From a virus, in the IMG/VR virus record IMGVR_UViG_3300028025_002046, positions 30,589 through 94,588 of that record: 64,000 nt of DNA, one strand, 5' to 3'. The notes under the pieces are model-generated. The model ran no database searches. It worked only from the letters and a program-made list of their open reading frames with translations, and was not told the origin of the DNA. Positions 51,460 through 61,727 of the stretch are shown in pieces (position 1 is the first letter of the stretch; each line of letters starts with the position of its first letter). Made by a program: the position numbers and the translations under genes.

Positions 51460-52462
51460 TAACCATAGCCTTAATCTTATCCTGTAGGTCTAGATCTTCT
51501 CGTACTCTTGCTACGAACTTATCTCTACCCTGGAGTTTGTCTGTGGTTCCAGGAATGATATACCAGGCTCCTGTGCGTTCTACAAGCCCCATCATCTCTG
51601 CAGTATCCACAAGGTCACCGATGCTATCAACGCCAACCATAGGACCTCTGAAATAGAAATCATATTCGCCACTTTGAAACGCAGGACTCGTCTTAGAGAA
51701 TTGAACTTCCCAACGGACTTTACGACCCACCTTTTCTTCGATAAGCTTGTCGCCAATTGCAATCTTACCCTTGATAGCTTGGTTGTCAGACTCAGAGCTA
51801 AAGAGTTTAATAACGGTAGAAGAGTAGAACTTAGTTGCTTGCCCACCAGACGGCTGCTGGCTTGTATACATTGCACTAATGTTATTGCGACTCTGACTAA
51901 TAAGGACAAGCATTGTAGGCTTAACCTTGTTATTTGCATAGTTGAGCATCTTCCACGCATTACTAAAGTCTCGTGACTCTGCTCCAATTTGCTTAGTATT
52001 CTCCAGTTGCTTGAGTTCATCTGAATCCTTCTCAAAATAAATAGCAGGAAGTAGTGATGTAATTGAGTCAACCACGATGATATCTACACCTGCGTTCATC
52101 AAGTTGGTTCCAACGTCTACCATCTCATTGATAGTGCGAGCCTGTGATACGATAAGGTTTTCTGTATCTACCCCAAGCTTCTTAGCCCAGTCTTCAGAGT
52201 AAGACATTTCAGCATCGATCCAAGCACATAACTTTCCCTCTTCTTGTGCCTGAGCAATCATCTGTAGACAAAGTGATGACTTTGCCGATGACTTGCTTCC
52301 CCAAATCAATACCTGACGACCTAGCGGTAGCCCACCGTTTAGAGCACGGTTCAGACCAAAGCTAGGAGTCTTCTGAAACGTAGTTTCAAATCCTGCACCG
52401 TTAGATAGACGCTTACGAATGCGTGGATCTAGGAGTGCCATAGCTTCTTCAAATGTAGTCAT
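51446..52462 (-). CDS. recA: RecA/UvsX-like recombinase
   Basis: GGLPLGR; G.KSSAKS; WIDAE; IVVDSI; GG.A.KFYSS; GAWY. Confidence 0.9.
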   Translation of the reverse strand: MTTFEEAMALLDPRIRKRLSNGAGFETTFQKTPSFGLNRALNGGLPLGRQVLIWGSKSSAKSSLCLQMIAQAQEEGKLCAWIDAEMSYSEDWAKKLGVDTENLIVSQARTINEMVDVGTNLMNAGVDIIVVDSITSLLPAIYFEKDSDELKQLENTKQIGAESRDFSNAWKMLNYANNKVKPTMLVLISQSRNNISAMYTSQQPSGGQATKFYSSTVIKLFSSESDNQAIKGKIAIGDKLIEEKVGRKVRWEVQFSKTSPAFQSGEYDFYFRGPMVGVDSIGDLVDTAEMMGLVERTGAWYIIPGTTDKLQGRDKFVARVREDLDLQDKIKAMVNGEV

Positions 52463-52683
52463 TATGCCAACCCACTAATCTTGTCTGGGTTGAATCCAGA
52501 CCAAGCATCATCGTCTGTAATGACCACAGGAGCCGCCTGGAAGCCCTTTGATATAATCATGTCGTATGCCTCAGTATCGACTGTAATGTCCACTGTGGAG
52601 TACTTGATGCCCAGCTTGTCCATGGTACGCTTTGTTGCATCGCATTGTACGCAATTAGGCTTTGTATATACTGTTACTGTCAT
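52462..52683 (-). CDS. nrdH: Glutaredoxin-like NrdH
   Basis: VYTKPNCVQC; APVV; WSGFNPDKI. Confidence 0.95.
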   Translation of the reverse strand: MTVTVYTKPNCVQCDATKRTMDKLGIKYSTVDITVDTEAYDMIISKGFQAAPVVITDDDAWSGFNPDKISGLA

Positions 52684-53018
52684 TAGAAACCAACTCCATG
52701 TTTGTGTGCTCGTAGTTTATTAATGCTAGTCTTGTTCTCAAATGCGTAGTCCAGGGATACTGTAGTGTAGCCCTCTTCTACTAGACCTGCATACAGGTCA
52801 AAGGTGCGGATTAAAATGTCCGCCATCTCGTCTGCGATAGCCTCTGGACCCTTATCCTTGCGGATAGCTTCCATAACCTCAGTAGCCTCTGATACAATCA
52901 TCATTAGCTGCTTGGTCATAAAGATATCGATCTGCTCTTGGTTTGCGTTTTTAATAACATCCCAGAAGCCTTTTTCTACTGCCAACTCATGCAATTCAAT
53001 TGCAATTTCATCAAACAT
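52683..53018 (-). CDS. MazG-like nucleotide pyrophosphohydrolase
   Basis: SEATEVMEAIRK; DEMADILIR. Confidence 0.8.
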   Translation of the reverse strand: MFDEIAIELHELAVEKGFWDVIKNANQEQIDIFMTKQLMMIVSEATEVMEAIRKDKGPEAIADEMADILIRTFDLYAGLVEEGYTTVSLDYAFENKTSINKLRAHKHGVGF

Positions 53019-56000
53019 TAAATACATCCTCCATAATTATTGTTCCGTCTTTGGTTTCACCCAAAGAGAATTTGTAAACGTTACCCTCGTCAATCTTCAT
53101 GTATGCTTTGGCATACGCTGTAGGGAATACGGTAACGCTGTGTAGGTCACGGTCAGCATCTGCTACGACTAGAGAAGCCATCTTCTTGCCAGCCTTAGTA
53201 ATGCGTGACTTGAATGACACTACGAATAGTTCATCGCCCTTGTAAGGCAACTGACGATAGTTTAGAATCTTAATTAGACCAGAAGTGTTGCCCCTAATCT
53301 CGTCTGCTGGAATAGCAGTTACGATTCTGTTATCGCTTGCGAGTAGAATGTAAGTTCTACCTGCTTCGATAGTGGTCTGTTCTTCGTCGAAGACACCAAC
53401 ACTACCAGTCTTATCTAGGATCTCTACACGAGACCATCCTTTACCACGCTTAATGCTCTTAACCATTCCCATAAGAATGTAAGCACCCTTTTCTTCATAC
53501 TCCTCAATGTCATTGATGAAAGCATGGTAGTGCTGTGGAACAGAGATATTAAACTCTGGAAGGTTTAGATACTCATAGAGATTCTCTTTAACTTCCTGAT
53601 CGTTTCTAGGATTGTCATCAAAGGTTGCGGCACCAATCATTCGCAGTGCCTGTAGAGCACGAGAGTTGACTCCGTTACCCTTGCCAAATGTAAACTCTTC
53701 TAGCTCCTTATAGGAAGCAAATGGACGAGCCTCAATATACTTAGCAGCAATGTTATCACTAATAAACTTAATAGCAGTTAGTCCGAATCGGATACCCTTG
53801 CCATCGATAGTAAAGTCCATGTCAGATTCGTTGATGTGTGGCAAACGAATAGGAATACCCATACGCTTTGCTTCAATCAGATACTCGGTGCGAGCATCCT
53901 TGTCGCTCTCGTTCTTTAGAAGAGCAAACATAAACTCTAGTGGATAAGAATACTTAAGCCATGCTGTCCAGTATGATAGCGTTGAGTATGCTACAGCGTG
54001 TGACTTATTGAACGAATACCCTGCGTGGGCTTCAAAGTCTTGCCATAGTTCTTCTGCTTGCTCTGGACGAATGTGCTTAGAAGCACCCTTGACGAACTCG
54101 CTCTTGAACTGGTCAAACTCTTTGGCATCTTTCTTCTTACCAATGATCTTACGAACCTTGTCAGCAGTAGCCATAGTCATTCCACCAAGCTCCACACAGG
54201 CTTGCATAACCTGTTCCTGATACAAAATACATCCGTAGGTATCAAGTGTGAATGGCTTCATCAACTGGTGGTGGTAAGAGATGTTCTGCTTACCGTGCTT
54301 ACGAGCGATGTAGTCCTTACCAATGGTGTTCATAGCACCTGGACGAACTAGAGCGTTAGATGCGGCAAGTTCGTTAAAATTCTTGACACCCATCTTGACT
54401 AGTAGGTTGGTGTAAGGCGTAGCTTCACATTGGAACACACCCTTTGTGTAACCCTCGGATAGCATCTTGTAGACGTTTGCATCTTCCATGTTAATGGTGT
54501 GCAGGTCAATCTTGTTTCCGTGACGTTGTTCGATAATCTTAACAGTGTCCTGAATAACAGATAGTGTCTTTAGACCCAGAGCATCAATCTTAATTAGACC
54601 AATACGCTCTGCTTCTTCCATGTCTACTGCTACTACTGGAATGCGTTCCTTGCTACCTGGGGCAGTACGAGTCTCTAGTGGAGCATACTTAAAGATAGGC
54701 TCTTTGGAAGTTACCACACCTGCAGCGTGGATACCAGTGCCACGGATGCGACCACGAAGTTGCTCTCCGTAGTATTCAATCTCTGGATACTTCTCACGGA
54801 ACTCTGCAGTTGACTTAGATGTGCAATACTCATCCCAGTCGTCCACAAGCTTAAGAACCTTGTTAACGTCAGGTAGTGGGATGTTTAGCACACGAGCAAT
54901 GTCTCGCACGATACCCTTACCCTTGAACTCTAGGAACGTAGCGATAGAAGCAACGTGACGATACTGGCGAACCAAGTAGTCCTTTACTTCTTCTCGGCGT
55001 GAGTCTTGAATATCGGTATCGATATCTGGGAAGTCATTACGCTCTGGGTTAATGAATCGGAAGAATAGTAGACCGTGAACAATTGGATCAATGTCTGTAA
55101 TCTCTAGGGCGTAGCAGAGCAGAGAACCTGCAGCAGAACCACGACCTGGACCCACCATGATATCTTCTTTCTTAGCCCATGCAATCATAGAACGCACTAC
55201 TAGGAAGTAGGGACCGAAGTTCTTGTCCTTGATAATCTGTAGCTCTTCGTCAAGACGGTCTAGGTATTCCTGCTTGTCGGCAAGACCCTTTTCCTTTAGA
55301 CCAGCTATGGCAAGGTCGTAAAGTTCTTTGTCTGGGTCTTGGAACTGAACAGGCAGTAGGTCTGCGTAGTCCTTAATGTCGTAGTCTTCAATCTGGTCAG
55401 CAATATCGATACTGTTCTGATACATGTCCTCACGGTCAATACCCTGAGCAAGCATAGCGTTACGCATCTCTTCGTCAGATAGCAAGTGAATGTCAAAGTC
55501 CTTGAAAGACATTTGACGGTCTGCACCATACAGGTAGTCTAGCTTGTCGTTTAGATTGTCGAACTCTTGTGTGCCAGCAAAGTTTGTATCTGCAACAGTC
55601 TTGTTAGAGTAAGAGTTGAGGATTAGTTTAAGTTCCTGAATCTCTTTCTGTGATACGTCTGCGTGGTGGCAGTCTGGAGTGATAACAGGCTTGACACCAA
55701 ATTCATCGGCAAGTTCAAGTAGCAACTTGTTTACTTCTGCTGGGTTGTGTGGCATAACCTCAATGTAGTAGTCGTCACCAAAGGTCTTCTTAGCCCACTG
55801 GATGTGTTCCTTAGCTACTGCTAGGTTTTCTGCTTCGATAGCCTTTGCTAGATACCCAGACAAACAGCCTGAAGTAATTACCAGACCTTCTTTATACTTC
55901 TCTAGAATGTCCCAGTCCATGCGTGGCTTCTTGTAGAAACCCTCGGTCCAGGCAAGTTCGTTTAGCTTGTTAAGGTTCTCTAGACCCTTTGCATTCTTAG

Positions 56001-56286
56001 CTAGAATGATAAGGTGATTGTAGTTTAGATTGAGAAGATCAGTCTTGTCTTTCTCTTCGTGGTCAAAGCGGTCCTTGGTGATGTAGCCCTCAATACCGAG
56101 AATAGGCTTGATACCTGCTGCTTTGGCAGCACGATACATCTCACGGTGTCCTGATAGCGAACCGTGGTCTGTGATTGAAATAGAAGTCATACCCACAGAC
56201 ACAGCACGGTCAACGTATTCCTGTGGGGTAGCAATGCCATCGAATAGGCTGTAGTGTGTGTGAACGTGTAAGGGAGCGTAGCTCAT
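53011..56286 (-). CDS. dnaE: DNA polymerase III alpha subunit
   Basis: HVHTHYSLFDG PHP domain; GRGSAAGS; PDIDTD; HAAG; KIDALGL; FNKSH; no intein evident. Confidence 0.95.
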   Translation of the reverse strand: MSYAPLHVHTHYSLFDGIATPQEYVDRAVSVGMTSISITDHGSLSGHREMYRAAKAAGIKPILGIEGYITKDRFDHEEKDKTDLLNLNYNHLIILAKNAKGLENLNKLNELAWTEGFYKKPRMDWDILEKYKEGLVITSGCLSGYLAKAIEAENLAVAKEHIQWAKKTFGDDYYIEVMPHNPAEVNKLLLELADEFGVKPVITPDCHHADVSQKEIQELKLILNSYSNKTVADTNFAGTQEFDNLNDKLDYLYGADRQMSFKDFDIHLLSDEEMRNAMLAQGIDREDMYQNSIDIADQIEDYDIKDYADLLPVQFQDPDKELYDLAIAGLKEKGLADKQEYLDRLDEELQIIKDKNFGPYFLVVRSMIAWAKKEDIMVGPGRGSAAGSLLCYALEITDIDPIVHGLLFFRFINPERNDFPDIDTDIQDSRREEVKDYLVRQYRHVASIATFLEFKGKGIVRDIARVLNIPLPDVNKVLKLVDDWDEYCTSKSTAEFREKYPEIEYYGEQLRGRIRGTGIHAAGVVTSKEPIFKYAPLETRTAPGSKERIPVVAVDMEEAERIGLIKIDALGLKTLSVIQDTVKIIEQRHGNKIDLHTINMEDANVYKMLSEGYTKGVFQCEATPYTNLLVKMGVKNFNELAASNALVRPGAMNTIGKDYIARKHGKQNISYHHQLMKPFTLDTYGCILYQEQVMQACVELGGMTMATADKVRKIIGKKKDAKEFDQFKSEFVKGASKHIRPEQAEELWQDFEAHAGYSFNKSHAVAYSTLSYWTAWLKYSYPLEFMFALLKNESDKDARTEYLIEAKRMGIPIRLPHINESDMDFTIDGKGIRFGLTAIKFISDNIAAKYIEARPFASYKELEEFTFGKGNGVNSRALQALRMIGAATFDDNPRNDQEVKENLYEYLNLPEFNISVPQHYHAFINDIEEYEEKGAYILMGMVKSIKRGKGWSRVEILDKTGSVGVFDEEQTTIEAGRTYILLASDNRIVTAIPADEIRGNTSGLIKILNYRQLPYKGDELFVVSFKSRITKAGKKMASLVVADADRDLHSVTVFPTAYAKAYMKIDEGNVYKFSLGETKDGTIIMEDVFNV

Positions 56287-56318
56287 TAAAATCCTTTGTC
56301 TAAATAAAAGTTTGAGTG

Positions 56319-56345
56319 GGGCAGTTTACAGTGATGCCCAGCACA
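56319..56345 (-). ncRNA. H-type pseudoknot motif copy between SSB gene and dnaE
   Basis: Minus strand: gtg-c-tgggca-t-cac-tgtaaac-tgccc. Confidence 0.55.
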
Positions 56346-56350
56346 GGTTT

Positions 56351-57007
56351 TTACCAGTCAGTGTTGCTAGATGTTACAGACGAACCCTGGTCGAATCCGA
56401 AGTAGAAGTTATCCTGATCTGCGTAAGCAACTTCACGAACAACCTTTTCGAGATCGAAGGTCTCTAGTTCTCCCCAAGCATAAGGCTCGGTGTCTGGCTT
56501 AGTTGGAAGCAAGGTGTAGCTGGTTTCAGTTCCCTGACCATTACGCTTGATCTTCCACTCTAGGTTAGAGATAGAACCAGTCTCTAGTGCATACTCACGA
56601 ATGGTGTTGAATGCTGACTGCTTGCTGATACCCTGCGACCATACAGCCACATAAGGATCTTCGGTTCCATCGTCAACTACTACGTTGCAGTAGAAGCGTA
56701 GGCGTGAACGCCAACCCGACTTAGGCTCCTTGCGAGCCATCTCACAACCAAAGCAGCGACCCTCTGAATCGATAGTACATGCTGCCTTACGCTTGAAGTC
56801 CTTTGGATTGGTGTGCTCTGACACTACAACCGAAAGACCTCGGCTTTCCGAATAACTTGCTGAATCTGCATCCAGCTCTTCGATGAAACGAATCTTTGCA
56901 GACTGTCCATCTGCCAGCTTGACCCAACGGACCTTCTGACCTGTGCTTTCATATTTTGGCTTGTCAACAATAGCGTTGATATCTTTAAGCCCTCTGATGA
57001 TACTCAT
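56351..57007 (-). CDS. gp32-like single-stranded DNA-binding protein
   Basis: L.DG.SA.IRF; H...C......C..C; KR.G.G..T.Y; located between primase and polymerase. Confidence 0.7.
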   Translation of the reverse strand: MSIIRGLKDINAIVDKPKYESTGQKVRWVKLADGQSAKIRFIEELDADSASYSESRGLSVVVSEHTNPKDFKRKAACTIDSEGRCFGCEMARKEPKSGWRSRLRFYCNVVVDDGTEDPYVAVWSQGISKQSAFNTIREYALETGSISNLEWKIKRNGQGTETSYTLLPTKPDTEPYAWGELETFDLEKVVREVAYADQDNFYFGFDQGSSVTSSNTDW

Positions 57008-57036
57008 ATATATTTCTCCTAATTTGTATTGGTTTA

Positions 57037-57981
57037 TTAGTTTAGCATACTCGCTATGGTTTTGTCAAATGTTTCTTCAATATTTTTTATTTCTTCATCT
57101 GACATGTCACCGATATCTTTGTATTGCTTATCTAGTTGTATTACGCTAACACGATTGCCTAATCTTTCGATTAGTTTATCTTTCATGTTACCGCCAGCTT
57201 CATCGTTATCGGCAATAACATAAATGCTATTGAAATACTTTTGAAGTAGGTCTGTTTGAAAGTTAGATACGTTTGCACCTAACGTTGCTACTGCAGGAAA
57301 GCCACACTGGTCTAGGCGAATGGCATCAAAGGATGATTCCACTACATAGACTCTATCTGCTGTCTTTACTCTGTGTAGATTGAATAGGACTTTGCTCTTT
57401 GGTAGTCCTGGCGTGTTCTTAAAATCTTTACCCTCAACGGAGCGACCAACGAAGCCAACTTCCATTCCGTCTGGTGATGATACAGGGATAGTCACCATGT
57501 CCTGCTTTTCTGAATACCCTAGGCTAAACTTTTTTACAGATGCTTCTGTAATTAGTCTGCCATTGTAGTAACGCATAGCACGAGGCGACTCAAGTGCTTG
57601 CTGGTTTAGTCGCTTAATCTGTAGTTCATCATATGGTGTGTAGAGTGGCTTAGTGTGAAGCTTTTGCTCAATCTCCATGCCCAGGTTTGTCTCAGTTTCC
57701 TTTGACTTGATGAAACGCTCTGCCTCAAAGAATGTGCGACCAGAGGTATGCATAACTAAAGCGGTTAGATTACAGACGTGCTGACACGAAAAGCAAAAGA
57801 AGAATCCAGAACGCTTGTCAACTTCACCTGCTGGTGAGCGGTGATTGTTGTGAAAAGGACAGAAGATAATGTAGTCAGAATCTACTTCTGATTCGACTGT
57901 GATTCCTGATCCTGCAATGACCCTTTTGATTTGTTCTTGTGAGTAGGAACTGCCAAGGTTCCGTCCATTCCCTCTATACAT
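57037..57981 (-). CDS. dnaG: DNA primase (CHC2 zinc finger plus TOPRIM)
   Basis: CPFH...SP; CFSC; VVES.FD; DNDEAG; KD..D. Confidence 0.9.
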   Translation of the reverse strand: MYRGNGRNLGSSYSQEQIKRVIAGSGITVESEVDSDYIIFCPFHNNHRSPAGEVDKRSGFFFCFSCQHVCNLTALVMHTSGRTFFEAERFIKSKETETNLGMEIEQKLHTKPLYTPYDELQIKRLNQQALESPRAMRYYNGRLITEASVKKFSLGYSEKQDMVTIPVSSPDGMEVGFVGRSVEGKDFKNTPGLPKSKVLFNLHRVKTADRVYVVESSFDAIRLDQCGFPAVATLGANVSNFQTDLLQKYFNSIYVIADNDEAGGNMKDKLIERLGNRVSVIQLDKQYKDIGDMSDEEIKNIEETFDKTIASMLN

Positions 57982-58226
57982 TTGCTCTTTTTTCTTCCTA
58001 AGTATGTTCCATATGATGTTAGCTTAAATTCAAAATATTCTTTGTCGCTGTTATAGTATATCGTAAAGTCTGGGTCCATGTCAAGTCTTGGCACAAACCC
58101 ATCTTCACGCATCTGTATTGTTAATAATCTAATGTATTCAATTTTAAGTCTACCTATCGTAGCATCATCTTTGATGATACCTTCAAGGTTAAAAGTTTTA
58201 ATAGACTTATGATGTAAATTTTCCAC
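57882..58226 (-). CDS. Hypothetical protein
   Basis: ORF track; leaderless GTG after TATAAT. Confidence 0.6.
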   Translation of the reverse strand: MENLHHKSIKTFNLEGIIKDDATIGRLKIEYIRLLTIQMREDGFVPRLDMDPDFTIYYNSDKEYFEFKLTSYGTYLGRKKSKCIEGMDGTLAVPTHKNKSKGSLQDQESQSNQK

Positions 58227-58245
58227 ATTCTATTATAACCGATAA

Positions 58246-59466
58246 TTACTTGTCTTCGTAGTCCTTGTACTTGTACCAGCCCTTGTCAAAGTCTACCTGG
58301 ACTAGGAACTCACCCATAAACCCATTACGGTTCTTGCGGAACACACACTCAAGAATGTCAGAGTTAGTGGCACGACCAAGTGCTAGAACCCAGTCAGCAT
58401 CGTAAGCAATCTGGCGTGACCAAGCAGTCTGACCTAATGTAGGAACAGTGTCTAACTTGTTAACGTCATCTGGCGTAGCGGACGAGATAGCAATGATTGG
58501 CATCTCTTCGCTAATAGCCATAAGCTTTAGTTCACGAGAAAGGTTCTTCATCTTAACAGTCTCGTTCTCAGACTTCTGGTTTGGAGACATTAGCTGTAGG
58601 TAGTCAACGATAACTAGGTCTGGCTTATACTGATCAATCTTTCCACGAATAACCGATGGTGTAACTTCCCCACCAGAATCGTTAGAGATAATGTGGAACT
58701 CTGGCTTACCCTGAAGTTCTTTCTTGTGCCAACGCTTTAGGTCTTCAATCTCTACCTGACCGTTGCTCAACTTGCGGTGTGACCACAGACCCTCACCCAT
58801 GATAGCAAACACACGGTTACGAACTTCTGTCTCCGACATTTCAAGTGAGATGATTAGTGGCGACTTGCCCTGCTTCCATGCCTGAACTGCCATGTAAAGA
58901 GCGAACCAAGACTTACCGATACCTGGGTAGGCTAGGAACACGCCTAGCTGACCTGGAGTAATGCCAGCAGGTAGATAGTTGTCAAAGCCTGGGAGACCAG
59001 TCTTGATACCAACAGAGCCAAGTTCATTCTGCAACTTTAGGTTCTCAAAGTACGCAACAGCAGAGTCAATGTCCGTAGCATCAATGTCACGGATTACTGC
59101 TGTGTTCTTCTTTAGCTCTGAAGTCTTAGCAATTAGATCTTCTAGGGCTTTGGTTCCCTGACCTGCCTGAACTTCTGCTGCTGTAGACCTTAGAACGTCC
59201 TTTAGGCTGTCATTAAGGAACTCTGCCTGTAATTCCTCTAGGTGATATTTGGTGGCTCCTATGCCCTCCACAGGGGCGAAATCACGAAACTTATCTACTA
59301 CTAGAGATACAGGTGGCACGGTTCCATTAGTCTCTGAATAGTCACGAATGAACTTCCAGATATCGTTATGGGTACGAAGGATGTTGTCAACGTTTGCCTG
59401 TAGCAAGACGTGAACCTGCTTGTCATCTAGTACTGCTGAAATCAGCTTTGCTTCAATATTACTCAT
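58246..59466 (-). CDS. dnaB: DnaB-like replicative helicase
   Basis: AYPGIGKS; SLEM; IVDYLQLM; SRELK; DAD; KNRNG. Confidence 0.9.
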   Translation of the reverse strand: MSNIEAKLISAVLDDKQVHVLLQANVDNILRTHNDIWKFIRDYSETNGTVPPVSLVVDKFRDFAPVEGIGATKYHLEELQAEFLNDSLKDVLRSTAAEVQAGQGTKALEDLIAKTSELKKNTAVIRDIDATDIDSAVAYFENLKLQNELGSVGIKTGLPGFDNYLPAGITPGQLGVFLAYPGIGKSWFALYMAVQAWKQGKSPLIISLEMSETEVRNRVFAIMGEGLWSHRKLSNGQVEIEDLKRWHKKELQGKPEFHIISNDSGGEVTPSVIRGKIDQYKPDLVIVDYLQLMSPNQKSENETVKMKNLSRELKLMAISEEMPIIAISSATPDDVNKLDTVPTLGQTAWSRQIAYDADWVLALGRATNSDILECVFRKNRNGFMGEFLVQVDFDKGWYKYKDYEDK

Positions 59467-59982
59467 TTAGCCACTCCTTAGCCTTTTGACGGCGTTCGGC
59501 TCTCTCCTTAAGGTCTTGTTCATACTGTGCTCTAGCATCGATAATCTTATCTGCATAGTTCGCAAAGTATTTCCATGTTGGTGTTTGTGCTACCGAGAAG
59601 TAATACTCCAATAGGTCGTAGCATTCTGGTAGTGTGTATGATTCAATTAGGGCATCTGCAGCCCACTGCTCAACGTTTAGATTGAGCGTTACTCGTTCTT
59701 CATAGTGCTTAGTGTGAAGCTTTGCGTAACGAGAAAGCAAAGCCATTCGGTCTTTGCGTTCAGCCATTACTTGCCTTCGATCTCGCCTTGAGCCTCGTTA
59801 ACCTTTTCCTGAAGTTTTGTCTCAACAAATGCGTATACACGCTCAAAGGCTTCGCTGGTGGTCTCACCCTCACGCTTATTATCCTGGACCTCTAGGTCAA
59901 TTCTCAATGATTGGAAGTTGCCTAGGTTAAGCGTGTAACCTAGACCAATCTTTACTTTAGTTGTTTCGTTCTCCATACCCAT
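59459..59982 (-). CDS. Two conserved hypothetical proteins (59459-59767, 59767-59982)
   Basis: ORF track; TLNLGNFQSLRID motif. Confidence 0.65.
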
Positions 59983-59990
59983 ATCTTTCT

Positions 59991-60521
59991 CTAAATGGAT
60001 TCAGACCAAACAGGGATAAACCTGCCGTCTTCTGTCCTTGTATATGTAAGTATACCATCTCCCATGCGTCTTGTCAACTCTTGTTTTGTGGGAGTTACAT
60101 CATTGGTGATTAGACCATCTAATCTTGGTCTGCCGTGGTGGTATGATGCTAGTATATCACGAAGTTCTCTAACTTGCAACTCCGAATAATAACTTCTTAC
60201 TTGCCATCCTGTTCCTCCGCCTTTTTGAGAACCCATTGCTGGAGGAATGATACCACGATAAACTAACTGCGGCATATACTTCTTGTGTCTATTTACTAGC
60301 TCTGCTGTCTGCCCCACTGTGTAGGCACGAAGCCTGTTCTTTTTGAAATCACTAATAAGACAACTTTCTATTCTATCTTTTGTAATGTTATAGACTGACA
60401 TTATTCCATTAGATCGATTGATGTGATGAGAGCGAACAAGGTCGCCATTTAAGAACCAGACTTTTTTGCTGCCCTGAATAACTGGGGCTTTGTTATAGTC
60501 TTCTCTAGATAGAGCAGCCAA
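59991..60521 (-). CDS. MerR-like HTH DNA-binding protein
   Basis: YTVGQTAELVNR...GIIP...RSYYSE. Confidence 0.65.
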   Translation of the reverse strand: MAALSREDYNKAPVIQGSKKVWFLNGDLVRSHHINRSNGIMSVYNITKDRIESCLISDFKKNRLRAYTVGQTAELVNRHKKYMPQLVYRGIIPPAMGSQKGGGTGWQVRSYYSELQVRELRDILASYHHGRPRLDGLITNDVTPTKQELTRRMGDGILTYTRTEDGRFIPVWSESI

Positions 60522-60523
60522 GA

Positions 60524-60982
60524 CTACTTCCTAACGCCAACTGCAATTACGTTTAGACGGACTGTAACATCCTGCTTTTTACCTAGATTATAGTTAACCT
60601 GAACTGTTACGCTATTTGCCGTTACAGCAGTAATAACAACTGTAACATCTTTTCCAAGATCTGTATTATTTCCAGTCTCAGCGACTTGTGGTGTTACAGT
60701 TACGATTGGTGGGTAAAGGAATCCGCTGCTGTCAAATGGGATTGTCTTTGTAACCTTGTCAGACGTGTTTTTAATGTTGTCGCTGAACTTAAGTGTAGTT
60801 GCAACAATCTTAGTATCTGCTGCTGAAAGCGTATCTCTGGTCTGTCCAGGATTATCGTTATTAAAATAGTTACTGGTCTTAGACCTTGCCAACTCAGCCG
60901 ATAAAGAATTAACCTGTTCAACTAGTTGGTACAGGTAAGAGTAGTCCATTGGTTGACCTCTTTGAGGTAGTTGTAGTGCCAT
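60524..60982 (-). CDS. Tail-associated protein (H-type lectin-like C-terminus)
   Basis: F..PP.VTVT...VT.NSVTV...LNVIAVG. Confidence 0.55.
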   Translation of the reverse strand: MALQLPQRGQPMDYSYLYQLVEQVNSLSAELARSKTSNYFNNDNPGQTRDTLSAADTKIVATTLKFSDNIKNTSDKVTKTIPFDSSGFLYPPIVTVTPQVAETGNNTDLGKDVTVVITAVTANSVTVQVNYNLGKKQDVTVRLNVIAVGVRK

Positions 60983-60989
60983 ATAAAGA

Positions 60990-61727
60990 TTATATCACAA
61001 TAGTGCTTCCGCCATCAACAACTATAGGCTTTGTTGTGACAGAATCTGATGCCACTAGCTTTGCATATTCGCTAACTACCTTTGTTTTGGTAGGCAGTTG
61101 AACCCATATTTGAACATACTTTGGGTTTAAAATATCTGTAGTTTTGTATACTTCTGGAATCTTTACCGAAAAGTTGCTTGCAGTGGTTGTATTAACAAAC
61201 TGCCATGGTGTCCAACTTACATCATCTTCACTCCACCTAGCATATCCGTCAAATGTGGTGTTCTTAAGTATTGCTGGAATCTCCCAGTTAACAAATATAG
61301 AGGCATCGTCCGAACTTATAGATAGATCTACAGTAGATACTCCATTGTCTGCCAGAATTTCTGAAAGCTTATTTCCAGTCAATACTGCTACTGGTGACCA
61401 CTCAGATGTGCTTACACCACTCTCGGAGACAACACGGTATCTTAAATAGTATTTACCATCATCCGTCATGTATGGCTGGTCTTCTAATGGTATCTCTACT
61501 CTTTTAACTACCTGCCGAGATAGCACCTCATATGCTGTAATTAGTATTGGCTCTGAAAGACTTGCTGTAGAACCTGCTGCTAGACTTTGCTGTTGTATTG
61601 TTCCATGGTTAGCAACCTTTGCTGCATATCTAACAGAGTTAACAGAAATATTAGTGAAGCCAACCAGTTTCAGTACTGATATAGCATCTCCCTTAGATAG
61701 ACCAACTACATCTGGAACAATAGCCAT
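60990..61727 (-). CDS. PASTA-domain / Fn3-like tail-region protein
   Basis: VPDVVGLS..DA...L...GF...GTI..QS..AG; RYRVVSE.G...SEWSP. Confidence 0.65.
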   Translation of the reverse strand: MAIVPDVVGLSKGDAISVLKLVGFTNISVNSVRYAAKVANHGTIQQQSLAAGSTASLSEPILITAYEVLSRQVVKRVEIPLEDQPYMTDDGKYYLRYRVVSESGVSTSEWSPVAVLTGNKLSEILADNGVSTVDLSISSDDASIFVNWEIPAILKNTTFDGYARWSEDDVSWTPWQFVNTTTASNFSVKIPEVYKTTDILNPKYVQIWVQLPTKTKVVSEYAKLVASDSVTTKPIVVDGGSTIVI

